Shown: positions 1-13,179, counted from the first letter of the stretch. The stretch: 40,553 nucleotides of DNA from Seison nebaliae (GCA_023231475.1 JALJEE010000638.1:1-40553), one strand, 5' to 3'. Numbers and translations: made by a program. The notes: generated by a model not told the origin, from the letters alone.

Positions 1-939
1 TTCCTTAATGAAATGGTATGATAATATAAAGAAGGACGTCAGCAATCATATAAGTAACTGCTTTAGTTCTGCAGAGGAATTACGGGATTCAGAAATGGCC
101 GCAACGGAAAGATCTTATAGATCTTACCTTAAGGCTGTTTCCGATATTTGTAAAAATCTGGAAAAACAGCTGGATTGTTATTTGGAAAATAAATTCCTAA
201 TCGCCGCAGCATATGTTAATCCTTTGTTCGGACCACGGGAATTGAAAAAAATGAACTAGAATTTGGTCGGAGATAATTTGGCGTCAATATTGAGTAACGT
301 TTGCGAATCTTTCAAAATTGAAACAATAGTTTATCCCGATGACGATGACGAAGAATTGGAATATACCGAGACGGGCCAAATAAAATTCAACGCAATACAA
401 GGAAAGGTTGAAGAGAATCAGGATTTATCGGATGATATGGCTAGGTATTCCATCGATTGTAGACATTTGAAGCATGAAGATTTCGAAGAATATTGGTTAA
501 GAAACCAAAAAACTTTGCCCATTCTTTATAAAATTGCTAAGGAAATTAATTGCATCTCCACAAATTCTTTAAAATCGGAACAAATGTTCTCATCGGCGGG
601 GAATATTTATACCCAGAAAAGAAATTGTCTCACCGATGAGAACTTATCCAATTTAACATTTCTTCACGCTAACAAGTCGTTAGCGTTGAAATTTTTTTAC
701 TCCTAAAATTGTCTTCATTATTATCTTCATTCATCTTATATATAAATATTTTTTCTTAACTGTCTAAATTCTCACTGTATACATGTCATTTCATTCATTT
801 TTCATTTTTTCTGAGAAATTTTGTAAAATTTTTATAGAAAGCGTTCGGGAACGAAATGAGAACATTCGTTCGAGCGGTATTGAGAAGAACAATGTATTTC
901 GTTCTCGTCCAACTGATTTTCAAAAACCAGACATCACAA
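1..939 (+). mobile_element. 3' part of a hAT-superfamily DNA transposon (transposase C-terminus plus candidate subterminal region/TIR), truncated by the window start
   Basis: ORFs 8-259 and 263-706 are in one frame. They give AAYVNPLF (hAT 'A..LDPRF' motif) and the hAT dimerisation-domain pattern EEYWLRNQKTLPILYKIAKEINCISTNSLKSEQMFSSAGNIYTQKRNCLTDENLSNLTFLHAN. GAAC/GTTC-rich subterminal-like motifs occur at 840-910. The end ...GACATCACAA (930-939) resembles a reversed TAGTGATG/CAGTGATG hAT terminus; this right boundary is inferred. Confidence 0.8.
8..706 (+). pseudogene. hAT transposase fragment with an in-frame TAG at 257-259
   Basis: The transposase-like reading frame continues across a single TAG stop, and I found no intron that removes it. 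Confidence 0.7.
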
Positions 940-976
940 TTATATTCGAGAACAGTCCATTATATTCGAGAACAGT
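939..976. repeat. 18-bp direct repeat ATTATATTCGAGAACAGT x2 (period 20)
   Basis: Exact copies at 939-956 and 959-976, immediately beyond the putative hAT end. Confidence 0.9.
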
Positions 977-1168
977 GCTGTTCAACAGCACTACAAACAA
1001 GTTGTCCATTTCTGTTGGGATAGCCATAACTATGTTTAGACCTCTTACAAAAGCTTCCTGATGATCCTACTAATGAACACCAGTTTCACAAGTTCGACTG
1101 TATAAAAGAAATAGAAGTAACTAATTCTCCCCATTTCAATTTAATTATTTCAATAAAATTATTTTGAG

Positions 1169-2000
1169 ATGGTTTTTATTAATATTTTTCTTTTCATAAA
1201 AATTATTATATGTGTTCAATCATATGAACATAATTTCACTAATTTTAAACCGATCGGTAAACTTTTCGAAAGTAGTATTAGAACCAATAGTTCTCCTTAA
1301 CAATTCTTTTTATGAAAACAACTAATTTCTATAGGAACTCCTCTAACTTATTATCCCAAATTTACAAACGGAAAAGATCTTGCATTGATTGTGGGTGGAA
1401 TTCTTCTCGTCATTTTTGGCGCATATGCAATTTCCCAGATACTATCTACACGTTCTTTAAGTTCTTAAATTTTCTTCTTCTCACTAATTTACTTATTTCA
1501 AACAAGAACGTATGCGTGAATCGGAAGTTGTCAGAATGAAAAAAACTCATAATTTTCTAAAAATGGCCGGACAGAATGTATATGACGAAGAAAGTACTTA
1601 CAGTGATAATTCCATAGGAAAGTCATATCGAACCTTTAACACAAAAGAAAAATCTCTAAGAGATTTAAAACCAGTGAAATCTTATCATACACCCAATATT
1701 CCCCATCGGACAGAAAGAGATCGAAGAGAAACAAGATCATATCGAACAAATAATTCCCGTCACAAATCTCAAAGAGACGTAAAACCATCAAACTCAAAAC
1801 GGACAACTAGTACTAAACATAGATCGCAAACACGAGAAGAACCTATAAAATCACATCGAACAACTAGTTCAAAATATAAATTGCGAAATGAACAAGAACA
1901 AACACGATCAAATCGAATGGATAATAGTAGATATAGGTCGGAAAGGAATTTCAGTCGAACAAAATCTCGAGTTGAATTTGAAGATAATTTTAGTATTTAA
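1169..2000 (+). CDS. Orphan type I membrane protein: signal peptide, short ectodomain, one TM helix, basic Arg/Ser-rich repeat tail
   Basis: Three exons (1169-1289, 1335-1460, 1507-2000) joined by GTT..AG introns of 45 and 46 nt keep the frame. Translation: MVFINIFLFIKIIICVQS-YEHNFTNFKPIGKLFESSIRTNRTPLTYYPKFTNGKD-LALIVGGILLVIFGAYAISQIL-STRSLKRMRESE...KSRVEFEDNFSI*. Confidence 0.7.
1620..1961 (+). repeat. Six degenerate 57-bp (19-aa) coding tandem repeats
   Basis: KSYRTFNTKEKSLRDLKPV / KSYHTPNIPHRTERDRRET / RSYRTNNSRHKSQRDVKPS / NSKRTTSTKHRSQTREEPI / KSHRTTSSKYKLRNEQEQT / RSNRMDNSRYRSERNFSRT. Confidence 0.85.
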
Positions 2001-2120
2001 AAAAGCAGAAAATTTATATAAATTATGAATAATTAAAAATAGAATATAGTATGGAAAAAATAAATGGAAATGAAATAGATTTTCATTCGACTTCTTTTTA
2101 CAAACAACTCCCACTTCAAA

Positions 2121-3243
2121 TCACCACGGTCTCCACACACTCTCTTTCATTTTCATCATTTGCTCAATCGTTTCATTTGAAGGAAGCATGTCAGCTTTTA
2201 GACCTAACGATCTTAAAATTAGTTGTGCTTTCTCTTCCAAATTCATTCCATTCATTTGAATACCGTTCTCCGTTTCTACGCAATTTCTTTTCGATGGTGT
2301 AACAAAAGCTGTGACTTTATCATCAGAAAATTCATTCGAACAATTTCGTTTCCTTTTAAATGTGTTAGTCGAATTTGTTGATGATTGGGAGATATTCTGA
2401 CCATCAGGTGATGAACAATATCCGGATGATGGTGGACCAACAGATGTATTTGATAAATCTTCTTTCTTTACCGTTTCCATCATTGGAGACGATAAATCAG
2501 GTTTTGACGTATCTTCTGTAGAAATTGCACAAACTTTTGATTGTAGTTGAGCATTGATTAGAATGTCTTTCAATTTCTCTTGTAATTCATATTGTGGTAT
2601 TTCCATTTGACTGTTATTCGTTTCAAACGATTTTAATAATAAACTTGTTGTCGATGAGATAAGGGAAGCTTTTTGTCTCGCTTCTTCATTGATCATTTGA
2701 CTCTTCTTTAAATATTCGACGGTCATTTCTAAAATTTCCGCTTTCTCCAACTTCTGATATCTCGCACGTTCATCTGATACTGCCATTAATTCTTTCAACT
2801 CATCTAAACATCGATTGATACGATCTCGTCTCTTCTTTTCTACACATGTCTTTGCAATCTTAATTAACGATAGAATAGAAAAAAGATGAAAAAAGGAGAA
2901 TAAACTTTTCTTGAAATTATTGCTGAATGATTTCGGTTCGCAAACATATCTCTTGTCATCTCAATTTTCAATGGAATCGACTTGTTCGTTTTCTTCCCAA
3001 ACATCTCTTGAGCTCTCAACAAATTCTCGTTACTTCTCATCGTCTGTAAACGAGAATTTGTCAAATTCAACATCTTATTCCTGATATCAGAAAGGAGATT
3101 TGCTGGGTCGATATCAGTGACTTGTGGTACTGAAGGAAATGTGTTATTCGAAATCATCTGATGGAAATAAAGTGGGAAATTTTGATTTGAGTGTGAAATA
3201 CAGAAATTATTTGATTGGTTGATATGAATCGAATTTCCGACAT
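2121..3243 (-). CDS. Hes/Hairy-E(spl) family bHLH transcriptional repressor with C-terminal WRPW
   Basis: Splicing intron 2859-2905 (GTTTA..TAAG) gives SRK|IAKTCVEKKRRDRINRCLDELKELM..KLEKAEILEMTVEYLK, and the protein ends SVWRPW*. The start is either 3157 or 3243 (via a possible 44-nt GTATT..CAG intron at 3158-3201). Confidence 0.9.
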
Positions 3244-4395
3244 ATTAATTGCGTGTCGTATAAAAACGGAAATTATAAGGCGAAAAAATTTTTTCTGAAA
3301 AATCGAAAATTGTACGGAAAATTCTTCGTTAAGAAGGAGAGGACTAATGTTCTTCAAAATGGAATGGTGGGGGATGTTCTTATTGAGGTAATGGAAAGAA
3401 TTTCCAGAGTGGAATAATAATAATGATTGGAACGGGAGAGAATGGAAGAAATACTAATGAAAAAGGAACATTGAACCAATTAAACTTTGAAGATGGAAGA
3501 AACATACGACGACATTTAACGCGCGAGACTTAACTAGAGAAGAAGACGAAAAACAACTACTTGAAAGATGAGAGGAGATCTACAAATTTACGATCATAAA
3601 CATAATAGTTTTTTCCGTCGTTCAATTCGTCGTCTTTAGCTCACTTCATAAATGTCTAAAATAGTTGTCGTTCCTTTTTGGTAGGAAGTGAGTGGAGGGG
3701 AAGAGAATATACATATATTTTTATGAAGAGTAAACTGGAGAGTAAATGACAACATTATCGTGATAAAATTCGGATAACGCCACTAGAGATGGTGCTTTAT
3801 TTGGGAAAACATTCAAATTTCATGTTCGATTTCTCAAACGGAAGATATGTTCGACGTGAACTTTCTTAAGAAGAAAATCGTTCGTATCTTTTGTGCGAAG
3901 TGTTAAATATAATGTATTCTTTCTAATGAACTAGCGACCTGCAATATGTATTGTTCTTACCTCCCGTATAACACGGCGAGAATCAGATGTAGAAACTCTT
4001 CACTCAGATTTCTTTTGTAAACGATACGATGAATAATAAGGATGATGTCGAATGTAGATAATAAGAAATTAGGAAGGTTCGGGCGAAAATTATATTTTAC
4101 CGCTTTTCTTCTTTATCTGAAGAAAAATGGGAAGAATCTACCAACTAATTATCGAGAAAGCGCGCGAAGTTTCGGTGTCTATATCTTATCGAATAAAGAT
4201 ATAAGAGGAAGGGGAATTATTGCTTATTGTTTCAGACGATAATGATCGTCGGTCCATCGAGAAATATTTATTTCTGTAAACGTGAGGATGAATCGATAGG
4301 TTAGATTTATTCACTCCATTTCTTCTTTCCGAGAATATAATTATTATTATTATTTATTGAAACACAATCCCAATTTGGGTATAGTAGATGAAAAT

Positions 4396-4971
4396 CGTGG
4401 GAAAATAACGCCTGAACGAGCGGAAGAGAACATCCTATTCTAATATTCTCCCATCTTCCCATCCTTCTCCCAATGAACGGCCATTGGGAAGAAGAGAGAG
4501 GAAGAATAGTAGAAAACGTGTCCAATAAAATTATCTAACAATAAAAGAATAATTCCGGTTTGCCATATTACTACCGCACCGCGCAGTGTCATCTTCTTAT
4601 TATTGAAGTTGAAGATTAAGTTCGAGAAAAATTTTCCCATGCCAATTTGTTATTGATTAAATGGGAATAAAAAATGAATAGATTACTCAAAAATTCTTCA
4701 TGATCTTCAAATCAACAAGATTAATTCATTGAAATGTCTTTCAATTTCTTTTTAAAAAATTCGATAATTTAAAAATTCCAATTCTAAATACAGAATGGAA
4801 ACAATTGATGATAACAAATATCGATTGAATACTCATCAAATTTGTTATCAAAATTTAAATTCTTTTTCATTATCTAAATATAAACTAAACTTTAGCGGAA
4901 CGACGATTTTTTTTTTGAAATCTTCTTTCATAAAAGAAAGTGATAATACTGACATGAGAATAATATGAGAA
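4396..4971. promoter_or_regulatory. Cluster of candidate Su(H)/CSL (Notch effector) sites upstream of the Hes gene
   Basis: YRTGRGAA matches: CGTGGGAA 4396-4403, TTCCCATG 4634-4641, CATGAGAA 4953-4960, TATGAGAA 4964-4971. Hes genes are established Notch targets. Motif match only. Confidence 0.4.
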
Positions 4972-7900
4972 TTTCAGTGAATTTATTCTATTCGATTGAT
5001 GAGACGAACAGACATGATAGTGATGAAATTGTCTGGAATAGATGAAATATAGTTCGGCATTGATCATAACCGATAGTGATGATAACACATTTTGCAGGTT
5101 GAAGAATGCGTTAACAGTGCGGGTGAGGCATGAGTGACTTGTCAGGCAAAATGAGAATGGAATTGATATTGTCGATTATTGAGAATGGAAGAATTGGAAG
5201 TGTAAGATACAAATGAACGTCAACAAACAAATTGTATGTTAACGAATGATCGATTAAGTAAACATGACATGTCAGCGAGTGTGGAAAAAGGCGATATGAA
5301 CCATCTTCCTGCATTGGCAACTTTCTACTCGTTTCGAGGACTGTTCACTAGAATTAAAGTAATTGAATTGTTCCATCAGAAACGAATTCTTTCCACTAAT
5401 TCAATTGGGATTCTAATTCAGATATGTCTCTTCCTCTCGATGTTTGTCTTAGGCTAATGTCATTAGCTACAAGTTGGGGAGATGTGTTAGTTTAACATTC
5501 GAGAAGACCATCCCATTCGAGACATTGCGTCGCCACATAATTAATTTATGATATTGGAACAAATCAAATATTAAGATAAAAGATAAACATTATCATAAAT
5601 TGATCGAGTTATTTCGTCGATCGAGACACTTTGGTGGAATGAGAAACCGGAAGAATAAAAAATAAAAAATACTCCCATTCTCAAATGACATTCGCTACTT
5701 CGACGAGTTGGAAGACGAATCTCCGAATTGACACTGTCAAATAACGATAGGTGAAACGGAGAAGATGTTGGAAACTGAGAACGGAATGATCTCATGTAAT
5801 TGGAGTCTTCTGTTGACAGCACGATTGTGAGGTATTGTTGATGGGCGTAAAGGAATTTTGACGAAAATCATGTGATTAAACGACGTCACTCTACACGCAT
5901 GTTAATGATGAAAAGCGAAAAGGTGTATGAACTGAAGAAAAGACGATGAACATCTCAATCGTCGGCTCTTCTTCCATTTCCTATTTTTTTCAGGGGAATG
6001 AACGAAAAGAACAAGTTCGACTAAACAGGAACCTCATCGACTTGTTTGATTCTCTTAAATATAAAAGTCACAAAATTGAACTGTAAACTAAACAAAGGTA
6101 AACAGTATGTCACGGAGAGTTGTATGAAACATATAAACAACAATGATCGTATGTTAAACGATTTCCAATAAACGGATTCTCAATCCAATTGAATTGTGAG
6201 TTCAATGTCCACCAGAATCTTCTTTGAGTTTAGACACAGTATGTCATGGAAAGAAAACAAAACAACTGTTGTGTTTCAATCAGTAAATGAAGAAATCGAC
6301 TAATCATAATCGATATCTCTCCCAACTCTCAATATGTAAGTACTTAATGAATTATGGTGAGAAGGAACGTTCGTCATTATGGTAGTTGAAGTCTATTACT
6401 AATTAACTGTGACACTATTATGATAAGGGTTCTCCTTCTTGGTGGTTCCTACACACGATAATTTTCTACTTCATTAAAATTACTTTAATAAAATTGACAG
6501 AATAAAATGCATTTAATTTCTCACTTCTTACCACATTAAGCGGAAAATTTTATGTGTTTATCATTGGTTGATGGGACATCATATTTTCATGACAACTGTT
6601 CTAAATCAATAAAACGATAGTAAATTTTTTAAATACAAATTATATTACAATAATACTTCAAATATAATCATGTACGAATTACCCCATTGCCCACTGACGA
6701 ATTGTCCCAAGTCATAAAAATTATAAATTTTGTTAAAATCGAAAAGAACATCATCTTCACATTCTTGTTAATGAGACGAAGAATGAGAATGTAACATAAT
6801 AACGACTGAGGGAAGAAAAGGAGAAATTCACCTTAAATTTTCACCTTCCGATGAAATGATGTTGTTTAATGAAGAGCGTTCATAAATGAACAAATGAAAT
6901 TATTGAACCATTAATCCATTAAATGAATTGCAATCACTCACTTTTAACAAAGTTACACAAAAGAAGATAAATCGTATGTGGTTGTACGAACTTAAATGAA
7001 AATAATTTACTTCGAACGAATTAATCGAGAGAAGAAGAAATTATAGAAATCTTATTAGGTAGAGACATACTTCTTTCAACTTCAATTTACGAGATATGCA
7101 TGTGGCAGATTTTTTCCTAAATATTTTCGTAACATTCCAACCGATAACCATCAGATGGTGATGTGTTCTTCTCCTGTTGACCTGTAAAGAAATCCTAACA
7201 ACTTCTAATTTTATCTTCGAATCCAATCATCGTCAAATGGCGACAGTCAGTCCACATCTGATCCCCGAACACATACACACAATACTAAGATTCGATATCA
7301 ATCACATCAATCACCATCAAAATATTTGACAATAATGCATATCTGATAAGTCTCTCTAAATCGAATGTCATTGGTTCGTGTTCGTCGCTCGTCCTACCTG
7401 ATCAACTCACATGACAACAATTCGACTAGAAGATAAACATATCGTTGTGAATTCTCTTCAAGAACCGTCCAACTTTACACGTAATTGTCAAATTTTCTAT
7501 TGTGATTCTCATATCGTCTGCCTATTTAAACTCTGAAATCTTTCCATCCTCCTATCATTCATTTCGACGATACTTCTACGATCTCTAATTTTTTTTGGTA
7601 GCTGTTTCTTAAACTTCTTTTCTGACAAGAAGAGAAACATCATGTTTCAAGCAAACTAGATAGCAGAGGAGATTAAGCACAACGGAAAGAAAATGTGAAG
7701 TCGACGGCGGGAAAATTACTCAAGTTTCACTCATGAAAACATTTGTGTTTGGTAGAATATGTGATCGGATACGTGTACGAAGATTCCATTTCATTAGAAC
7801 AAATGAAGATGAAGCAACTTAACTCTCTCAAAGGCGACCACTTGACATGTTTGTGTAGTGAACGTACTAATCGATCAAATCTGCCAACCATCACTTTCTT

Positions 7901-9407
7901 CTTCCTAAGATCAGCAAACCGACCACTAATCCTGTTTTAGGTTGCATAATCGAAAACGATGCCATATTAGTATGGTTGGAAATCACGTGTGAAAGAATGA
8001 AAAATTATGTTCCTTTTCAAATTCTAATGAACGGCATGATATATGGAGAAGGATTTAGTTTATGATGAAAGACACGATGGAATCTATTAGACATGAACGT
8101 AGCAGAAAGGTTTAGTGTTGCATAATTGTTAATTGGTCGAAACTGCAGTATAAGTAATTAAGGCGGATGTAAACGAGATGAAAGAGAGAGGTAAGTCAAT
8201 ATGATGCTAATAGAATAAATCGTTTGAATGTTCATCTCAATTCGTCTTTTAGAAAAAACAAATTATTATTCCATAAACATTTTGACGAGACACCACATCT
8301 TCTACGACGACTTGATATTCGATAGTGACTTGTGACGGAAATTTAGTTGCAAATTCGATACAAGAAGAAAGATGAACCTCTCCACATATACACACACCGA
8401 ATGAGAGAATATAATGACATTAGTGTCATTAAGAGGAAAAGATAGTCAGTAAGTCGTTCAACAGAAGATTTTTTAACAATAATACTTATTATTTATGTTC
8501 ACTCGTCTGTTAGATAAGACGGACGACGTACAAATGTTTTAATTCACGCTGAATTGAACTAATTTTATTTTTATAATGTGGAATTTCTGTCGGAATTGTA
8601 ATGCTTTCAAATCTGTTTTAACTTATCATTTTGAGTACCGTAAAATTCGCCATTTTGTCGGCAACAATTACAATTATCTTTTTATTTCTCTAACAACAAT
8701 TCTTCATCGTCGTATATTTCCACTTTCCAGTTTTACTCTCATTTTGGACATTCCCACCTTTGGACATTATTGGAATGATTTTAACGTTTCAAATATTTCT
8801 TCATCAAATTCTTTATTGTCTATATGATATGAGAATATTATGAATTTGTAAAATTTTCATTATTTATATAAAATATTATATTATTATTTTCAGAAGAAAA
8901 ATATGAAATTGATTTTCTGAAAGAAAACAATATTTTCTTCATCATTTATATATATATATATTATATTTTATTAAAATTATCGATTATGTTACAAATCAAT
9001 GAAGATGAAAGAGAAAGTGATGAACTTTTCATTTTAGTTTTTTATTAATTTGAAATTTTCATAAAGATAATGATGATTTAATAAGAATAAATAATAAATA
9101 ATAAATCATAGTTTGGTTAATAATATTTGGAACGCGAATGGAAGTGACAAAGTGAAATGCAAAAATATTTATTAGAATAAATCGTGTGAAATCTTAATTA
9201 CAAAAAAGAAAAGAAAAGAGGAAGAACAACGAAGGTGGAAAGAAATTGTCTGAAATAGAGATTCGTTAAAAAGTCAGTCCGCCAAACGTTATTGTTGTTT
9301 TTGTTGTTCTGTGAAAATTTGGTGAAAGTCGAATAAAAATTGTATAATTTTTGCATAAAATTTGATTTGATTCAAATGAAGTAAAAAATTATTATGTAGA
9401 ACGCGAA

Positions 9408-10597
9408 TTATGCAGGATTCACTGAGTTGATTGTACTTGTCTTTGCTTTCAGCGGATGTTGAGGAACGTTCAAAGTGAAATTGTTTACACTTCCATTACT
9501 GTCGGTTGTGGAGCCGGAGCCCGTATCGATTTCTTTATCAAGAATTCTCGTCCGATGCATCACCAAGTCTTTGTTTGCATCTTCAATTATATTGACATCT
9601 CCTAAAGTTACTTCACGAAATGTCTGTTTGTCCGTTCTTATCGTATAATTATCCATCGTCATACCATCCGATGGTTTATGTTTATGTCTCCTATACAACG
9701 GAATGTCTAATTCAGTGGAAGATTTAAAGTACTGTTTGAATCTTGACGAGTAGAGGACCACTTGTATCATAATTGCAACATCCACAGAGATTTGGAGGGA
9801 AGAGCAAATCATAAATTGTGTCGGCGATTTCCGAAGAATGAAATATGCAGTTTTGAACAAATCACCTGCCATCCACATCATCACCATCGTTAGACTCATT
9901 CCAGCGGTGCTTTTTCTAGTAAAATTTTGTACAAATTGTGGTAGACCGAGGAGAGCTTCCAAGAAAACGGCAAGAAATCCTGAAAAAACCGTTTTTTATC
10001 AACAAAATGAAGAAATTATTAAAAAAGAAAAATTGAACCTACTAATTCGACGTAAATCCAGAAACCAATCATGACATATGTGGTGGAAGTGATAATGAAG
10101 ATGAGTAGAAAGAAACATTGAATATACGAAGTGAAATCTGTCCATTTCCAAAAATTATTCACTTCCATATCTGGAATAAAAATGAAGTTTTTTTCAATGA
10201 AATTTAAATATTTAAATTAATTTTTAAAAATTAAACCTAAAAAATATTTCTTCTGTTCATTCTCATTGATAACGAAACGACAATGTGTATGGACGAGAAC
10301 GAACATTCCACTTATCAGTACGAAACTTTGCATAAGAAGAGGCAGTTCGAATCGATGACCGAACCTGTACCAGAAATGAAAATAATTTTAGAAATGATCT
10401 CAATCACCTAACCAGAAATTCACTCGGAGAATTGATGCGATGATTAAAACGAGACAAACGTAAAGAGAAAATCCGTTTTTATCATCGCCAGTTTTATGAT
10501 GATTTCTCATAAGTAAGAATTGAGGAATGAATGGAATGATGCCTCCAAACGTCATCATACAAGAGGCGATGAATGTGAATATGTTGAGGTGTAGCAT
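9408..10597 (-). CDS. SLC66A2: PQ-loop repeat membrane protein (SLC66A2/PQLC1-like)
   Basis: Four exons and three GTT..AG introns. FGGIIPFIPQF..GFSLYVCLVLIIASILRVNFW|FGHRFELPLLMQS; second PQ repeat EALLGLPQFVQNFTRKSTAGMSLTMVMMWMAGDLFKTAYF. Confidence 0.9.
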
Positions 10598-11213
10598 GGT
10601 TCAACGAATTTTCATTTCATAATTCATGGGAGATCATAATGGAATAGAAGAATAGATAGGCCAATGGTTGGATCGGTGAGAATTGTCGATCGATTCGAGT
10701 TATTAGATAATCACAACCATAGATATGAGTATACAGCAGAAATAAAGATGAATGAATGACTAATAAGATGTCATATAATTTAATTCGTTCGAAATTTATA
10801 TCAATAAATTTTCGAGTGAAAAATCGAATAGCAAATTTATACAATGTCTTTCTACAACACATTCCCCCCTTCTACAAATCGATCATTCAAATCATTTTTC
10901 TATTCTCAACAAACTTCATGTCTTTTAAAATCACAAGCTCATTTTTCCATTAGCATCTTCTCGCGACTTCATCACATTAAATGAAATTTAATTCAAACGC
11001 ATGTCTTGATCAAATGACATGAACCATTTGTAAACAATCACTTCCTAAATTTCTCTTACATCATCTCCTCTTCTCTCTTACTCTCTAATGAAATAACTTT
11101 TCAAAATTTTTTATGAATAAAAAATCCTTTTCATTTTATTTGTTTGATTACAAGATAAGATCATTTCTTTCCCCTCCATTTTCTTGCTCTCTTTCTAATT
11201 GCCCTCGATTTGT

Positions 11214-12697
11214 CTAGTCATGAAAATTCAATTTCTTTCGACCTTTAAAAACCCATTTTTATCACTTACACAATAAATAACTTTCCACTAAACTTTTCAA
11301 AGACATATTCTTTTTCGATGTCAATTTATCGCTCATTGATTGATCCTCTAATTTTTCTGTTAATGATTTTGGTAAAGGTAATTCAGATGATGGACAGGGA
11401 GGTGGTCGATTGATAAAAAATGGTGATTTCAACGCCTAAATTAATTTGAATTTTGAAATATTTTCAAAAAATTCATTTAACTTCTGTGGTCGTAATCCGT
11501 TTAGCGGGATTGAGCATCATCATTTCTGATAATAACATCAGCAGATCTTCGGAAGCTGCCGTAAATATTTGATTGAGAGGAACTGGTTCACGTGGATGAG
11601 GTTCTATATATCCACTTAATGATTTGACATTCTTCAAATGAGAATGATAAAAAACTTGAAAAAAAAAATCTGACTGGCCAGTTGTCCGTATTGGGAGTTC
11701 CGAAAACATTAAATATTTTCGATAATTGTTCAAGTTCGTTAGCGCCTGGCAAAAATGGATTCTTAAAGAATTTTCTTAAGAATTTTGAATTTGATAATTT
11801 ATGAGAAATATAACTCGCAACAATAATTCTGCCAAAATGCATCCCACACTCCACATATCCACACCAGTTCCATAGAATCTGGCACCATAAATTAATTCTG
11901 GTGGTCGATACCATCTGTAAAAAAAAATTATTTCTTAAAAAAAATTCAATAAATTTAATAACATTGTAATGACTTGGGGAGTCATTTGTCGATTGGGTGT
12001 TCCGAATCGTTTGGCTAAACCAAAATCTCCAATTCTCAAATTGCCTTCTGAACTAATTAATAAATTGTTGGGCTTAAGATCTCGATGGAGGAGACCGTTA
12101 GCATGAATGAACTCCAAACCACGTAACAACATCATCATATATGATTTGATGATGGAGAGTGTCATTGGAATAGATAAATCTCGAATGACATGTGATAAAT
12201 CGCCGATCATAAATTCGAAAACGAGATTGATCAATTTCGATCGATTGACATAAACATCGATTAACTGAAAGAAAATGAAGTAAATGATAAAAAGAGAAAA
12301 TGAGGAACGTTGAGAATATGATCATGTTCAATTTCACGAAGTAGTTTTATTTCACGTAATGCCGTTAAATCTATTCCATTAATCCAATCTGATCGATCAG
12401 TCACTTTTAACTGGAATTTAATCGATAAAATTCAAAAAAAAATTTTATTATTCACTTGTTTTATGGCAACTTCTTTAGTTTTGATTAAGTCAAGTGCCTT
12501 ATAAACAACAGCGTATTGACCTTCACCTAAAAATTTCAATTTTTTGTATCTTCCTTTCTCCGCGAAATGTTCATTCGTCTGAACAGCAGTTGGAATGGAA
12601 AATATTCATTAAGAAACATTAGTCTGTTAAATTTAACATTTTCTTCATTCTCCTCCATAAATTTCTCCATTTTTTCCATTTCAACATCTTCTCCCAT
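11214..12697 (-). CDS. CDK7: Cyclin-dependent kinase 7 (CAK/TFIIH kinase)
   Basis: Nine exons reconstructed: [96 protein letters not shown]-terminus RKKLNFHD*. The first and last exons are less certain. Confidence 0.88.
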
Positions 12698-13179
12698 TTT
12701 CCTCTCCGAATGAACAAAATAGAATATAAAGAAATTGAAAAATCTTCCAAATAGAGAAAGTTGGAATAGAAATATTTTACAAAGAAGTTTTGAATATTGG
12801 GAGGAAAGAGAATGTAAAAAGAAGTTCTTATTTTTCCAAAAATATTTATTAACAACTTATTTTTGGAGAATGGAAATTGTGTAAAATTTTAATTAAAAAA
12901 AAAATTTCGTAAAATTTTTAATGAAAAAATAATTCCATAAAATTTTTAATAAAATTACAAAGTAAAATGGCAATACGCTGGGGAAAGGAATATTGGAAAG
13001 AGAGAGAGAGAGGGGAGAGTGATAGATGTCTGATTCGCAAATTAATGAAATTTAGTGAAAACTAATTTTTTAAGTTTAACAAAAAATATTCGATGTGATT
13101 TGGGGGAATTTACAAAAAGAAAGTTACTCTCTTCTTAAAAAAAATTCGGAATTTCATAGTAGTAAAATGAGGAATAGAT

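Noticed and set aside
257..259. In-frame TAG as evidence of stop-codon reassignment
   Set aside because: TAA, TAG and TGA all terminate gene models in this window and conserved genes have no internal stops, so simple pseudogenisation is more likely.
783..1061. 92-aa ORF downstream of the hAT transposase
   Set aside because: It spans the transposon subterminal region and the tandem duplication and has no protein-like features.
7706..7715. E2F-like GGCGGGAAAA (and TTCCCGCC near 26256)
   Set aside because: Isolated short motifs not next to a demonstrable transcription start.
3300..8900. Many 60-85 aa ORFs upstream of Hes
   Set aside because: No motifs and no consistent exon chain found; expected by chance in AT-rich DNA.
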